Below the pieces are notes generated by a model. It did not search any database and was not told where the DNA came from. It worked only from the letters and a program-made list of their open reading frames with translations. Shown here in pieces: positions 8,745-17,691 of a stretch of DNA of 64,000 nucleotides (positions are counted from its first letter, which is position 1; each line of letters starts with the position of its first letter). Location of the stretch: IMG/VR virus record IMGVR_UViG_3300046691_000240; one strand, 5' to 3'. The translations under genes were made by a program, and so were the position numbers. This stretch comes from an uncultured virus (IMG/VR IMGVR_UViG_3300046691_000240) (Duplodnaviria; Heunggongvirae; Uroviricota; Caudoviricetes).

Positions 8745-9169
8745 ACCCGAAAACCAAGCTGCACTTCACCCTCTCCCTGACCGGAGTGGTCAGCCCCTTC
8801 GGCGATGTGGAAGGCGACGACCCGACCGCCGAGCCGATGACCCTCGACCAGTTGCGCGACCACCTCGACTACGCCGTCAACTCGGTGATTCTCGGCAACG
8901 GCCTGATCACCGGCGACACCAACGGCACCCTGGACGAACACGACGTGGATGTCACGGTGGTCGAGGTGAAACCGGCGCACCCGTGCCCCGACGACGAGGG
9001 CCTGAGCCCCGACGAACTGGAACAGAAGTACAACCCGGCCGGTGGCGGCGAACACCCGGACTTCCCGCGCGAAGACTGGCAGGAAATGGTCCGCATCGAA
9101 GACACGCTGCTCGGGTATTGGGCGTGGGTTCACCACAGTCTCACCAGCGAGGAAGACGACCCCGAGTGA
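8741..9169 (+). CDS. Acidic hypothetical protein
   Basis: ATGA overlap; D/E-rich. Confidence 0.7.
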   Translation: MNPKTKLHFTLSLTGVVSPFGDVEGDDPTAEPMTLDQLRDHLDYAVNSVILGNGLITGDTNGTLDEHDVDVTVVEVKPAHPCPDDEGLSPDELEQKYNPAGGGEHPDFPREDWQEMVRIEDTLLGYWAWVHHSLTSEEDDPE

Positions 9170-9213
9170 ACTCATGATTCACAACCCCACCCCCCTAAGA
9201 AGGAACCGAAGTC

Positions 9214-9768
9214 ATGATCAATCAACCGTTTCACTACGACAAATGCGACAAGGTCCTGCTGGCCGCCAGCATGCTGACCTGCGCGACCACCGCCAATGAC
9301 GAAGGCGACACCATTCTCAGTGCCCCCGACTACGGGGTCATTGATGACCTCGCCGAGCTGGCCGCCCAACTGCTGCCCGGGTTTGCCAACGAAGGCGCCA
9401 ACTGGGACGGCGTGATGTGGCTGGAACGGCTGGAAGCCGCCGATGAAGACTCGTTGGCCCGGCACCTGCTGCGGCTGCAGCAAGACGGCGAACCCGTGCA
9501 GTATCTGGCGGACGAAGCCGAACGCATCATCGCCGAGTGGTTGACGCTGCGCGGGATTGCGGTGCATCCCCAGTCCCTGCAAGCGCCGCTGGTCACCCGC
9601 CTAGTCGCCATCACCGAGGAAGCCCGCAATGCGGGCTACGCCATCACCTGGTGGAGCCCCGAGGAAGTCGAAGGCGTCCACAACGTCAGGCACATGATGG
9701 ACGTCGTGGTTTCGCGGGGGAACGAATTCATTGAAGACAACCGCGAAGACGACGAAGAAGGGGAATGA
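9214..9768 (+). CDS. Acidic hypothetical protein
   Basis: CTAAGAAGGA RBS; D/E-rich. Confidence 0.75.
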   Translation: MINQPFHYDKCDKVLLAASMLTCATTANDEGDTILSAPDYGVIDDLAELAAQLLPGFANEGANWDGVMWLERLEAADEDSLARHLLRLQQDGEPVQYLADEAERIIAEWLTLRGIAVHPQSLQAPLVTRLVAITEEARNAGYAITWWSPEEVEGVHNVRHMMDVVVSRGNEFIEDNREDDEEGE

Positions 9769-9769
9769 A

Positions 9770-10441
9770 ATGGCACGTCAAGACACCAAAGTCACCACCG
9801 TCTACACCTTCGCCGAGCTGAGCGATAGGGCCAAGGAGAAGGCGCGGGACGCCTACCGCGAAGGGAATCTGGACTACGACTGGTGGGATGGCGTGTACAC
9901 CGACGCCATCGACATGGCGGCACTGATGGGGATCGAGATCGGTACCCGGCGCGGCGGCAAGCAACCGGCTATCTTCTTTAGCGGCTTCAGCAGCCAGGGC
10001 GATGGCGCCTGTTTCGAGGGCACCTACAGCTACCGCAAAGGCGCGCTGAAGTCGCTGCAGTCCGCCGCCCCGGCAGGCCACAAGGACGAGGCGACCGGGC
10101 TGTGGGTCGAGCAGGAATCAAACATGGAGCTGCACCGCATCTGCCGTGACCTGCAGGTAATCCAGCGGCCGTTTCTGTACAAGCTGGAAGCCACCGTCAA
10201 GCAGAGCGGGCACTACCAGCACAGCGGCTGTACGCACATCGAGGTCACGCACGCCGAGTCAATGTATCGCGACATCGGCGATGCCGAGGACGGCATTAAG
10301 CAGGCCCTGCGCGACTTCATGGACTGGATCTACGCCCGCTTAGAAGCCGAGTACGACTACCTCAACAGTGATGAGGCGGTCGAGGAAAGCATCGAAGCCA
10401 ACGAATGCGAGTTTCTGGAGAGCGGGGCTCGTTACCTATGA
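9770..10441 (+). CDS. Conserved mobile-element protein (often labelled 'antitoxin of TA stability system')
   Basis: VYTFAELSDRAKEKAR..FSGFSSQGDGACF..IYARLEAEYDYL motif; function unverified. Confidence 0.7.
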   Translation: MARQDTKVTTVYTFAELSDRAKEKARDAYREGNLDYDWWDGVYTDAIDMAALMGIEIGTRRGGKQPAIFFSGFSSQGDGACFEGTYSYRKGALKSLQSAAPAGHKDEATGLWVEQESNMELHRICRDLQVIQRPFLYKLEATVKQSGHYQHSGCTHIEVTHAESMYRDIGDAEDGIKQALRDFMDWIYARLEAEYDYLNSDEAVEESIEANECEFLESGARYL

Positions 10442-10806
10442 TCGACTCCATCCTCGACCAACTGACCATCCTCGCCGAGGAACGCGACGACCCCCAAGAC
10501 ATCGTGCGCGCCCGGCTGCGCAGCGAAGCGATTGAACTGTATGTGCGGATCAACCCGCGCCTCTGCCAAGGCCAGATGCTGATCGCCCTGGTGTTGGTGG
10601 ATTGCCAGATCGCCGAGGCGGCGCAGCACCAAGGGCTGTTCACCGCCTTGCTGAGCAAGCTGGAGGCCCGCGCCGATGCCCTCGGCCTGCAGGCGGTGGT
10701 GGCCGAGAACGTGATCAACCCGCACCTGCTGCCGTTCCTGCTGCGCCGGGGCTACCGCCCGGTGCACCTTACCAATGACACCCTGTACAAGGAGATACCG
10801 CAATGA
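10438..10806 (+). CDS. GNAT-like acetyltransferase
   Basis: QHQGLFTALL acetyl-CoA-loop-like motif; VAENVIN..FLLRRGY. Confidence 0.55.
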   Translation: MIDSILDQLTILAEERDDPQDIVRARLRSEAIELYVRINPRLCQGQMLIALVLVDCQIAEAAQHQGLFTALLSKLEARADALGLQAVVAENVINPHLLPFLLRRGYRPVHLTNDTLYKEIPQ

Positions 10807-10837
10807 CCGATACCCTAACTGTGGGAGTGAACAAACC

Positions 10838-11536
10838 ATGACTGACACCATCAACTACGTGCGCCTCGACGCAGAGAACCTGGCCGAGCTGCGCGAGGCG
10901 GCCAAACAAGCGCTGCAACTGCTGGGCAGCCACCCGGCACCCAACGGCGGCGCGGTCTACGAAGCACTCAATCACGGCCTGAGCGTAACCTCTGGCGCCT
11001 TCGTGGACGAGTTGGTCGACGACGAGGATACCGGGCCGACACAACCCAGCCGGGACGAACTGGCCCAGCGCCTGCGCGACATCGCCGAAGGCGCGCGCAG
11101 CAAGGCCAGTCTGATTGCCAGCAAATCGCCGACCGCTGCCTACACCAACCCGGTCGACGTGCTGCGCGCTCTGGCCAAGGAAGCGGAAGGCGGGCTGGCC
11201 CCGGACCCCGACGCCGGGCTGGAAATCCAGCGCACGTTGCTGCTCAGCACCGCGCACCTGCCGGTGGCGCACCGCCGCTGGTTGGACGGGCAAACGCGGG
11301 CAACGATGGCAGCCCCGCACCACCGCCCGGCCCCGACCCTGATCGTTGACGCGATCGGCGAGTACGGCTGGCGGATTTGCCTTGAATTCACGGCGGTCGA
11401 GCAGTACCTAGACAAACACGAACGCGACGACGCCTTGGCCGTGTTGCTGCGCCTTGGCCAACACCACCGCTGCCAGTGGCTCGCCCTCGATCGTGACGGC
11501 GAAACCGTTGACGGCCTGCCTACCTTTGAGGACTGA
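10838..11536 (+). CDS. Hypothetical protein with C-terminal DUF5983-like domain
   Basis: LLSTAHL..EYGW..QWLALDRDG..LPTF. Confidence 0.6.
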   Translation: MTDTINYVRLDAENLAELREAAKQALQLLGSHPAPNGGAVYEALNHGLSVTSGAFVDELVDDEDTGPTQPSRDELAQRLRDIAEGARSKASLIASKSPTAAYTNPVDVLRALAKEAEGGLAPDPDAGLEIQRTLLLSTAHLPVAHRRWLDGQTRATMAAPHHRPAPTLIVDAIGEYGWRICLEFTAVEQYLDKHERDDALAVLLRLGQHHRCQWLALDRDGETVDGLPTFED

Positions 11537-11539
11537 ACC

Positions 11540-11764
11540 ATGGCCTACGAAAGCAAATACACCATCGCGCTGCGCTGGCAGCACCCGGAAGACGGCAGCG
11601 ACCCACCCAAGAGCCACTGGGAATGTCTGGACGAAGCCGGGTTCACCCGCGCGACCCAGCTGATCAGCGAGGGCTACCACGAGGGCGAACTGCTGGAAGA
11701 CCTCGGCGGCGTGATGTGGCGTGGCTGGTGGGAACTGTCTTTGAACCGCCCCGGGGAGGACTGA
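11540..11764 (+). CDS. Small acidic hypothetical protein
   Basis: GAGGA RBS. Confidence 0.7.
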   Translation: MAYESKYTIALRWQHPEDGSDPPKSHWECLDEAGFTRATQLISEGYHEGELLEDLGGVMWRGWWELSLNRPGED

Positions 11765-11767
11765 ACC

Positions 11768-12091
11768 ATGGGCTTGATCATTAGCGTCTACCGTCCCGCC
11801 GACCTCGGCGACTGCACCTTGAACGGGGTCAGCGGCCAGTTCGCCTCGCTGACCCTAGTCAACGTCGACGGCCCCTTCGACCCCACCCCCGAGCATCCGG
11901 CGGCGTGGCTGGTGCGGGGCAACCTGCCCTACACCGTCAAGATTGTCGTTGTTGACCCCGCCACCGCCACGCGCCGCCCGATGTTCGGCGGCAACTACGG
12001 CGGCACCAGCGACAGCCGCTTCAACGATGCGGTGAAATCCATCACCGGCCACCCCGGGCTGGCCCCGATTCACGATAGGTATGAGGGTTGA
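11768..12091 (+). CDS. Conserved phage hypothetical protein
   Basis: DCTLNGVS..PMFGGNY..SDSRF..IHDR motif. Confidence 0.75.
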   Translation: MGLIISVYRPADLGDCTLNGVSGQFASLTLVNVDGPFDPTPEHPAAWLVRGNLPYTVKIVVVDPATATRRPMFGGNYGGTSDSRFNDAVKSITGHPGLAPIHDRYEG

Positions 12092-12093
12092 CC

Positions 12094-12315
12094 ATGAGAC
12101 AGCCCACCAAAGAACAAGCCGCCGCGCTGCTGGTCTTCGCCACTCGCGAGGGAGGTAAGTGGAAGGCCGAGTTGCACATCTGCTGGTACAAAGCCAGCTA
12201 CCCCAAGGACGGCGCGGACGGTGGCCACCTGCAGTACCTGCGCAACCATTTCGGCCCGGAGTGGCTGGAGCAAGTGACCCTGGATGAACTCAAACGCATC
12301 GCCGAACAGGAATGA
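12094..12315 (+). CDS. Hypothetical protein
   Basis: GAGG RBS; LQYLRNHFGPEWL. Confidence 0.7.
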   Translation: MRQPTKEQAAALLVFATREGGKWKAELHICWYKASYPKDGADGGHLQYLRNHFGPEWLEQVTLDELKRIAEQE

Positions 12316-12319
12316 AACC

Positions 12320-12841
12320 ATGAACAAACTGATCACCCCCAACTACGGCCGCATGTTCCTGCTGGACCAACCGGAAAGCGTGCCCTACAGCCCGTATTTG
12401 CTGGCCTTCGAGCATGAAGGGTTTGAAATCCGCGACCCGTACACCAGCGAGTGCAGCCGCTTCCAGGCGAATCCGGTGGCCGACTACGGCTTTGAAGAAA
12501 TCGAAACCGGCGGGGGCTGCAAAGCCCTCTACCTGAAAGATGAAGACGGCCGCGAACTGTGGATCACCGACCCCTCGGGCTGCTTCATCCCTGACACGAG
12601 CAAGTACCCGGTCGATGGCATCCTCGGCTTGCGCGTCGGGATGCAGACGGTGGCCTACATCTACCTGCGGGACATCCCCAGCGTGGGCGACATCAACGAG
12701 ATGACCGAGATCATGGACATGGCGGACGCCATGTTCCTCAAGATCGCGCAGCAATTCGACGGCAGCGACTACGAGGAAGCGCTGTGCCGGATCATCCGCG
12801 AAGCGAACATCCGCATCGTCAAAGGTGCGGTCAGCCTGTAA
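12320..12841 (+). CDS. Hypothetical protein
   Basis: AGGA RBS; ETGGGCKAL motif. Confidence 0.7.
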   Translation: MNKLITPNYGRMFLLDQPESVPYSPYLLAFEHEGFEIRDPYTSECSRFQANPVADYGFEEIETGGGCKALYLKDEDGRELWITDPSGCFIPDTSKYPVDGILGLRVGMQTVAYIYLRDIPSVGDINEMTEIMDMADAMFLKIAQQFDGSDYEEALCRIIREANIRIVKGAVSL

Positions 12842-12871
12842 CACCCACCCATCCCTAAGAAGGAAACCATC

Positions 12872-13444
12872 ATGCCTAGCATTGAACTGTCCCGCCGCCA
12901 ACTCCAGCAACTCGTGGACTTCGCCATCGAGCACAAGCAAGACCAGTGGTTCATCGCCAAGGATCAGGGCGCTTACCTCGGAATGTCCTTGGGCATGGAC
13001 CCGTTGCCGAAGTGCATCATCTACTTCCCGGGCTGCGACCCGAGCAAGGATGAAGACTGGTATGACACCGCCCACGCCCAGTTCGGTGGCGACGACTTCG
13101 GCGAGAACATGCCTGTAGCCGACCTGCAGCGCTACTTGGCCATCCCCAACCTGCTGTGCATCGGGATCAAGCTAACGTCGAAGTCAATCTGCATCGACGC
13201 TTTCGAGATCCCCGCGTCCGATAAGCCCGACGAGGACAGCGCCACGGCGTATTACGGGATGCGCCGCCCCAACGGCAAGATCGGCTGCGTCAAGAAGGAC
13301 CAGCTCCGCACGACGCTGCTGCAGATCGGCGGCGGCGGAACCCCAGCGCACGTTGCCAAGGCCGAAGCGGTGGAAAAGGAACTGCTTGAGAAGGGCAGCG
13401 TGACCGTCAAAGGCTACTGGCTTGGCCCCCTGAGCGAGGTGTGA
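12872..13444 (+). CDS. DUF3085-like protein
   Basis: IAKDQGAYL..YFPGCDP..DWYD..GGDDFGE signature. Confidence 0.75.
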   Translation: MPSIELSRRQLQQLVDFAIEHKQDQWFIAKDQGAYLGMSLGMDPLPKCIIYFPGCDPSKDEDWYDTAHAQFGGDDFGENMPVADLQRYLAIPNLLCIGIKLTSKSICIDAFEIPASDKPDEDSATAYYGMRRPNGKIGCVKKDQLRTTLLQIGGGGTPAHVAKAEAVEKELLEKGSVTVKGYWLGPLSEV

Positions 13445-13445
13445 C

Positions 13446-13643
13446 ATGGACAAACCCATCCTGATCGCCACGGACGGACGCAAGAACGGCTTGGAAGCGT
13501 GGGCCCTGTACGACGACACCATCCCGGGCTATGAGCTGTTCGCCAGCCAGGCCTGCAACGATTACTTCGGGGATGCCGACACCCTGGAAGACTGCAAGAA
13601 AGTCGCGCAAGCCTGGTTCGACGAGCGCGCCAGCGAGCAATAA
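13446..13643 (+). CDS. Small acidic hypothetical protein
   Basis: GAGG RBS; 65 aa. Confidence 0.7.
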   Translation: MDKPILIATDGRKNGLEAWALYDDTIPGYELFASQACNDYFGDADTLEDCKKVAQAWFDERASEQ

Positions 13644-13675
13644 CCCCCACACCACCCCGCAACCCCCAACCTCAT

Positions 13676-13720
13676 GGGCCAGCCAACACCCCGGCAGGCC
13701 CACTCGTGCCTGAAAAGGAG
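13676..13720 (+). repeat. Structured leader element, copy 1
   Basis: gggccagccaac..cccggcaggccc..tgcctg..aggag, near-identical to 14147-14194. Confidence 0.7.
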
Positions 13721-13727
13721 CACTGCA

Positions 13728-14114
13728 ATGTCTGATAACTCCGTGTTCAAAGACGGTTTCAACAAGGTCAACCTGAAACTGCTGCGCGCCCTGGTGGCCA
13801 AGGCGCTGGCCGACCTCGACCCGCTGATCGAGGCCAAGCCGGGCAACATCTCCTTTGGCGAAGGTTCCTGCACCCTCAAGGTGGAGTTCTCGGTGAAGGG
13901 CAAGATGAGCAGCGAAGAAAGCATGGCGATCCAGTACGCCACGATGTTCGGCTATGACCCGAGCCTGCGCCCGAACATCCCGCGCATCGGCGTCAGCCGC
14001 TTGGTCAAACACAGCAGCCGCAGTGCGGAATTCCCGTGGGTGATCGAGAACGCCGAGGGCAAGCGCTACAAGCTCAGAATTGCGGACGTGGAACGCTACT
14101 TCAAGAAAGACTGA
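13728..14114 (+). CDS. Hypothetical protein
   Basis: AAGGAG RBS before ATG13728. Confidence 0.75.
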   Translation: MSDNSVFKDGFNKVNLKLLRALVAKALADLDPLIEAKPGNISFGEGSCTLKVEFSVKGKMSSEESMAIQYATMFGYDPSLRPNIPRIGVSRLVKHSSRSAEFPWVIENAEGKRYKLRIADVERYFKKD

Positions 14115-14146
14115 CCCCGCCCCACCCCTGTAACCCAAACCCCAGC

Positions 14147-14194
14147 GGGCCAGCCAACCATCCCGGCAGGCCCGCCCATGCCTGTAGATAGGAG
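14147..14194 (+). repeat. Structured leader element, copy 2
   Basis: Near-identical to 13676-13720. Confidence 0.7.
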
Positions 14195-14201
14195 AACCAC
14201 C

Positions 14202-15044
14202 ATGCAACGTGCACTCAGCAGTTCGTTCGGCCGTGTTCACAACAGCCTGCGCAGCCACACCGCCCTCACCGACGACCAGATTATTCGGGTCGCCCCGAGC
14301 ATCTTCGCCCCGGAACCGCACGGTTCAAGGAGCGAGCGCTATGCCTACATCCCCACCATCGACGTGCTCAACGGCCTGCGCAAGGAAGGCTTCGAGCCCT
14401 TCGCCGTGGTGCAGAGCCGCTGCCGCCTGGAAGGCAAGAGCGAGTTCACCAAACACCTGATCCGCATGCGCCACGTCGATACGATCATGGCGCCGCAGGC
14501 CAACGAGATCGTCCTGCTCAACAGCCACGACGGCACCAGCAGTTATCAGATGTTGGCCGGGTGCTTCCGCTTCGTGTGTCAAAACGGCATGGTGGCCGGG
14601 GACATCATCCAAGACCTGCGCATCGGTCACCGCGGCGACGTGCAAAGCAACGTGATCGAGGGGGCCTACACCGTGCTGAAGGGCTTCGAGAAGGTCGACG
14701 AGTCCCGCGAGATCATGCAGCAGACCCGCCTCAGTCAGGAGGAACAGGCCGTGTTCGCCCGCTCGGCGCTGATGCTGCGGTACGACATCGAGGACGGCGG
14801 TAAGGCGCCGATCCAGGCCGACCAGCTGCTCAGGCCGCACCGCCGGGAAGACACCGGTACCGACCTGTGGAGCACGTTCAACGTCGTCCAGGAAAACGCG
14901 CTGAAGGGCGGGCTCCGGGGCCGCACGGCCGCAAACGCCCGCACCACCACCCGCGCGGTGACCGGCATCAGCCAAGACCTCAAGTTGAACCAGGCGCTGT
15001 GGGCTCTGGCCGAGGGTATGCGGCAGCTCAAGGGCGCTGCCTGA
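14202..15044 (+). CDS. DUF932 family protein
   Basis: VAPSIFA..HGSRSERYAYIPT..FTKHLIRMRH..NSHDGTSSYQMLAG..RFVCQNG..DLWSTFNVVQEN. Confidence 0.88.
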   Translation: MQRALSSSFGRVHNSLRSHTALTDDQIIRVAPSIFAPEPHGSRSERYAYIPTIDVLNGLRKEGFEPFAVVQSRCRLEGKSEFTKHLIRMRHVDTIMAPQANEIVLLNSHDGTSSYQMLAGCFRFVCQNGMVAGDIIQDLRIGHRGDVQSNVIEGAYTVLKGFEKVDESREIMQQTRLSQEEQAVFARSALMLRYDIEDGGKAPIQADQLLRPHRREDTGTDLWSTFNVVQENALKGGLRGRTAANARTTTRAVTGISQDLKLNQALWALAEGMRQLKGAA

Positions 15045-15116
15045 CTGCTGGACGACGCTGCTGGTAGACTGACCCCAGCTACCAGCAGTCCTTCCACCCC
15101 TGACGTGACTCCGACC

Positions 15117-15737
15117 ATGAACAGAAAAATAGATCCCGCCACCCTGATCCCTGTCGAACAACTGCCCGCCCTGCGCGAGCAGGCCGAGGCCCAAGCCCGC
15201 GTGAACGTCGGCCGCCTGAACGCCCATACCCGCAAGGCCGCGCGCCTCGGGGACGAGGCCATGGAGATTGCGCGAGGGCCCGAGACCCAGCGCATTCGCT
15301 ACAACAAACTGGTGAAGCTGGTGGACCAGGCCGCTGTCGAAATCCTGCCGTTCACCGCCTGCCGCAAGGGCTGTAGCCACTGCTGCAGCATTGCGGTGTT
15401 GATCTCGGACGTGGAGGCCCAGCGCATCGGCGAAGCGATCCGCCGCAAGCCGGTGAAGACCGGCGCCTTTCCGGCGGATGTGCCCGCGCTGCAGGACAAA
15501 TACTTCGGCGTGCCGTGCACCTTCTTGAAAGCCGGGCGCTGCTCGATCTACGACGTTCGGCCGCTGGCCTGCCGCCTACACTTCAACATGGCCGACGACT
15601 CGCTGTTCTGTTCCACCGCCATCGCGCCGCAGAACAGCCTCGTGCCCGCGCTCAATCTGCACGGGGTCGACAAGGCGCTGTTCGTGCTGACGTTCGGTTC
15701 GCTGCACGCCGACATCAGGGACTTTTTCCCCAAATAG
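15117..15737 (+). CDS. YkgJ-family cysteine-cluster protein
   Basis: CRKGCSHCC..CTFL...CSIYDVRPLACR. Confidence 0.85.
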   Translation: MNRKIDPATLIPVEQLPALREQAEAQARVNVGRLNAHTRKAARLGDEAMEIARGPETQRIRYNKLVKLVDQAAVEILPFTACRKGCSHCCSIAVLISDVEAQRIGEAIRRKPVKTGAFPADVPALQDKYFGVPCTFLKAGRCSIYDVRPLACRLHFNMADDSLFCSTAIAPQNSLVPALNLHGVDKALFVLTFGSLHADIRDFFPK

Positions 15738-15759
15738 CCGCTGGCCACAGGAGCCCGCC

Positions 15760-16041
15760 ATGTCCAGCCACGAAGTGATCACACCCGTGCAGCAGATGGC
15801 GGGCCCCGAATGGGAATACCTGCGCCAGCAGTTGATCCAGGTGCGCTGGCCCACCGCCGCCGTCTCCCCGCACTGCGCCTTCTCCACCGTGCATGGCGTC
15901 TCCATCGGCCTGCGCATGGCCGGGGCCATCAGCCTCGAAGCGCAAGGCCGCATCTTCGCCCTGCTCTGCAACGCCCGGGGCCATCGGCTGGCCGAGGCCT
16001 GCCGCGACCAGCACGGTTACGACCCGGTCGTAAGTTGGTAG
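15760..16041 (+). CDS. Hypothetical protein
   Basis: AGGAG RBS. Confidence 0.55.
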   Translation: MSSHEVITPVQQMAGPEWEYLRQQLIQVRWPTAAVSPHCAFSTVHGVSIGLRMAGAISLEAQGRIFALLCNARGHRLAEACRDQHGYDPVVSW

Positions 16042-16042
16042 C

Positions 16043-16192
16043 CTTACGCGCCTTACATAAGCCGATTAATCAGCATAAGTGACGCAAGTTATGTTGCTTA
16101 CACGGGTTACGCAGCTTATGAAAAAGAATAAGCAACGTAACTTTCATAACTTACTGCGCTTGCGTACTGTGTACAACTTGAATAAGTTACCC
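16043..16192. repeat. Upstream centromere-like array (parC/parS-like)
   Basis: Degenerate (G/C)TTA(C/T) units at about 9-bp period in both orientations, upstream of parA. Confidence 0.7.
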
Positions 16193-16247
16193 GCCGAACC
16201 TAATGTTCACTATTGAGGTGAACAGAAGGCCTTTTTGGAGGTGACGT

Positions 16248-16901
16248 ATGTGGATTGTCGCGGTGCTGGGCGAGAAGGGGGGCAGCGGGAAAAGCTGCCT
16301 GTGTCAGAACTTGGCGGTGGTGCTGCACAAGAGGGGGCGCGACATGCTCCTGGTGGACGCCGACCCGCAGGCAACAACGGTGGAATGGGCTCGGGAGCGT
16401 GAACGCAACCCCAACCTGCCGAACATTAGGGTTGAGGAAGCCCACGGCGACATCAGGGAAACCCTGATAGACCGCGCGGGTCGTTACGAGCTAGTCCTCG
16501 TCGACGTCGGCGGTGCGGATTCCATGGCGCTGCGTGCGGCCTTGGCCGTGGCGACCCTCGTGGTGATCCCGTTCCGGCCGAAGCGCCGCGACCTCAAGAC
16601 GCTGCCGACCATGTCCGAACTGGTCCTGCAGTTCAAGCCGATCAACCCCGACATGGTGGTGCGTTCGGTGATCACCCAAGCACCCGCCCTGCCGAGTCAG
16701 GTCAAGCGCATCCTCGATGCCAAGGACGCCTGCGCCAGCTTTGATTTCGCGCCGCTGAATGCCTTCACCGTCATGCGTAACAACTACGACGATGCGGACG
16801 AAGACGGTTCGTCGGTACTCGAAGGCGGCGGTGGGTTCTACGACCCGCTCGCCGTGGCCGAGATCGAGGCGATCGCCGCCGAACTGTTTGGAGGTGCGTG
16901 A
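16248..16901 (+). CDS. parA: ParA partition ATPase (type Ib, no N-terminal HTH)
   Basis: Deviant Walker A KGGSGKS, LVDADPQ, LVLVDVGG; GGAGGTG RBS. Confidence 0.92.
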   Translation: MWIVAVLGEKGGSGKSCLCQNLAVVLHKRGRDMLLVDADPQATTVEWARERERNPNLPNIRVEEAHGDIRETLIDRAGRYELVLVDVGGADSMALRAALAVATLVVIPFRPKRRDLKTLPTMSELVLQFKPINPDMVVRSVITQAPALPSQVKRILDAKDACASFDFAPLNAFTVMRNNYDDADEDGSSVLEGGGGFYDPLAVAEIEAIAAELFGGA

Positions 16902-17209
16902 TGGGCCTCGACGGGTTGAAACAAACAGACACCAAGGCCGCCGCGCTGTCGCCCACGGCAGACGCGCTGATCAACGCTGCCAAGACCGACGGCAAGCACG
17001 CCCCGGGCAAGGCCAAGAAGAAGCCGAAGAAGGTCTTCACGCGCGTGACGTTCTCGCTGACGGCGGCGATTGACAAGGAAGTGGACCGGCTCAGCCTGAT
17101 CCCCCGGTCGTTCCGCTCGTCCAGGTCAAGCGTGGTCCGCGCGGCGTTGAAGCTGCTGGCCAAGCAGGGCGACGAGGAAATCACCAAGCTGTTGAAGGCC
17201 GAGCAATAG
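16901..17209 (+). CDS. Putative ribbon-helix-helix centromere-binding protein (ParG-like)
   Basis: Coupled to parA; flexible N-terminus, then RVTFSL strand and SRSSVVRAAL helix. Confidence 0.75.
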   Translation: MGLDGLKQTDTKAAALSPTADALINAAKTDGKHAPGKAKKKPKKVFTRVTFSLTAAIDKEVDRLSLIPRSFRSSRSSVVRAALKLLAKQGDEEITKLLKAEQ

Positions 17210-17224
17210 GCATAAGTGATGCAA

Positions 17225-17368
17225 GTTACGCAGTCTGCATCACTTACATAAGTTACTCGGGTTACGAAAGTTACACGGCTTACGTCAGTTGCATCAGTTA
17301 CTCGGCTTACTCGGATTACGCCGCTTACGTCAGTTATGAACGGCGGGTAACTTACATCACTTACACGG
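17225..17368 (+). repeat. Downstream centromere-like array, 16 x 9-bp register
   Basis: gttactcgg gttacgaaa gttacacgg cttacgtca ... cttacacgg. Confidence 0.8.
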
Positions 17369-17378
17369 AATTTTTGAT

Positions 17379-17672
17379 ATGAGCATGACTTGGCGCAACA
17401 CCGCACCGACCCCGGCGGACCTCAACGGCAGCCCCGAGGAATACTTCTGGATTAGGGGAGGGTGCTTCAACCGGCCGCTGCTGGTCCGGGCGAACAACGG
17501 CACGACCTCGGACCTGGTCAACGGCCAGCGGGTGTTCCGCCCGGAGTGCAACTTCGAGTTCTATGCCGACGGCTACCCCAACCCGATCTGGGCCAGCGAG
17601 CTGGGCAACTGGCCTTGGCTGCTGCGTCTGGAGTGGGCTGGCCCGATTGAGCGGGTGGCGGACGTCGCCTGA
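17379..17672 (+). CDS. Hypothetical protein
   Basis: ORF fills the gap after the par array. Confidence 0.6.
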   Translation: MSMTWRNTAPTPADLNGSPEEYFWIRGGCFNRPLLVRANNGTTSDLVNGQRVFRPECNFEFYADGYPNPIWASELGNWPWLLRLEWAGPIERVADVA

Positions 17673-17691
17673 CCCCTACGAGGAACCAACC

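Noticed and set aside
9770..10806. Toxin-antitoxin pair ('antitoxin' plus GNAT)
   Set aside because: The antitoxin label for this family is unverified, and GNAT toxins usually pair with small RHH antitoxins
17225..17368. CRISPR array
   Set aside because: 9-bp degenerate tandem units without spacers and no cas genes; fits a par centromere
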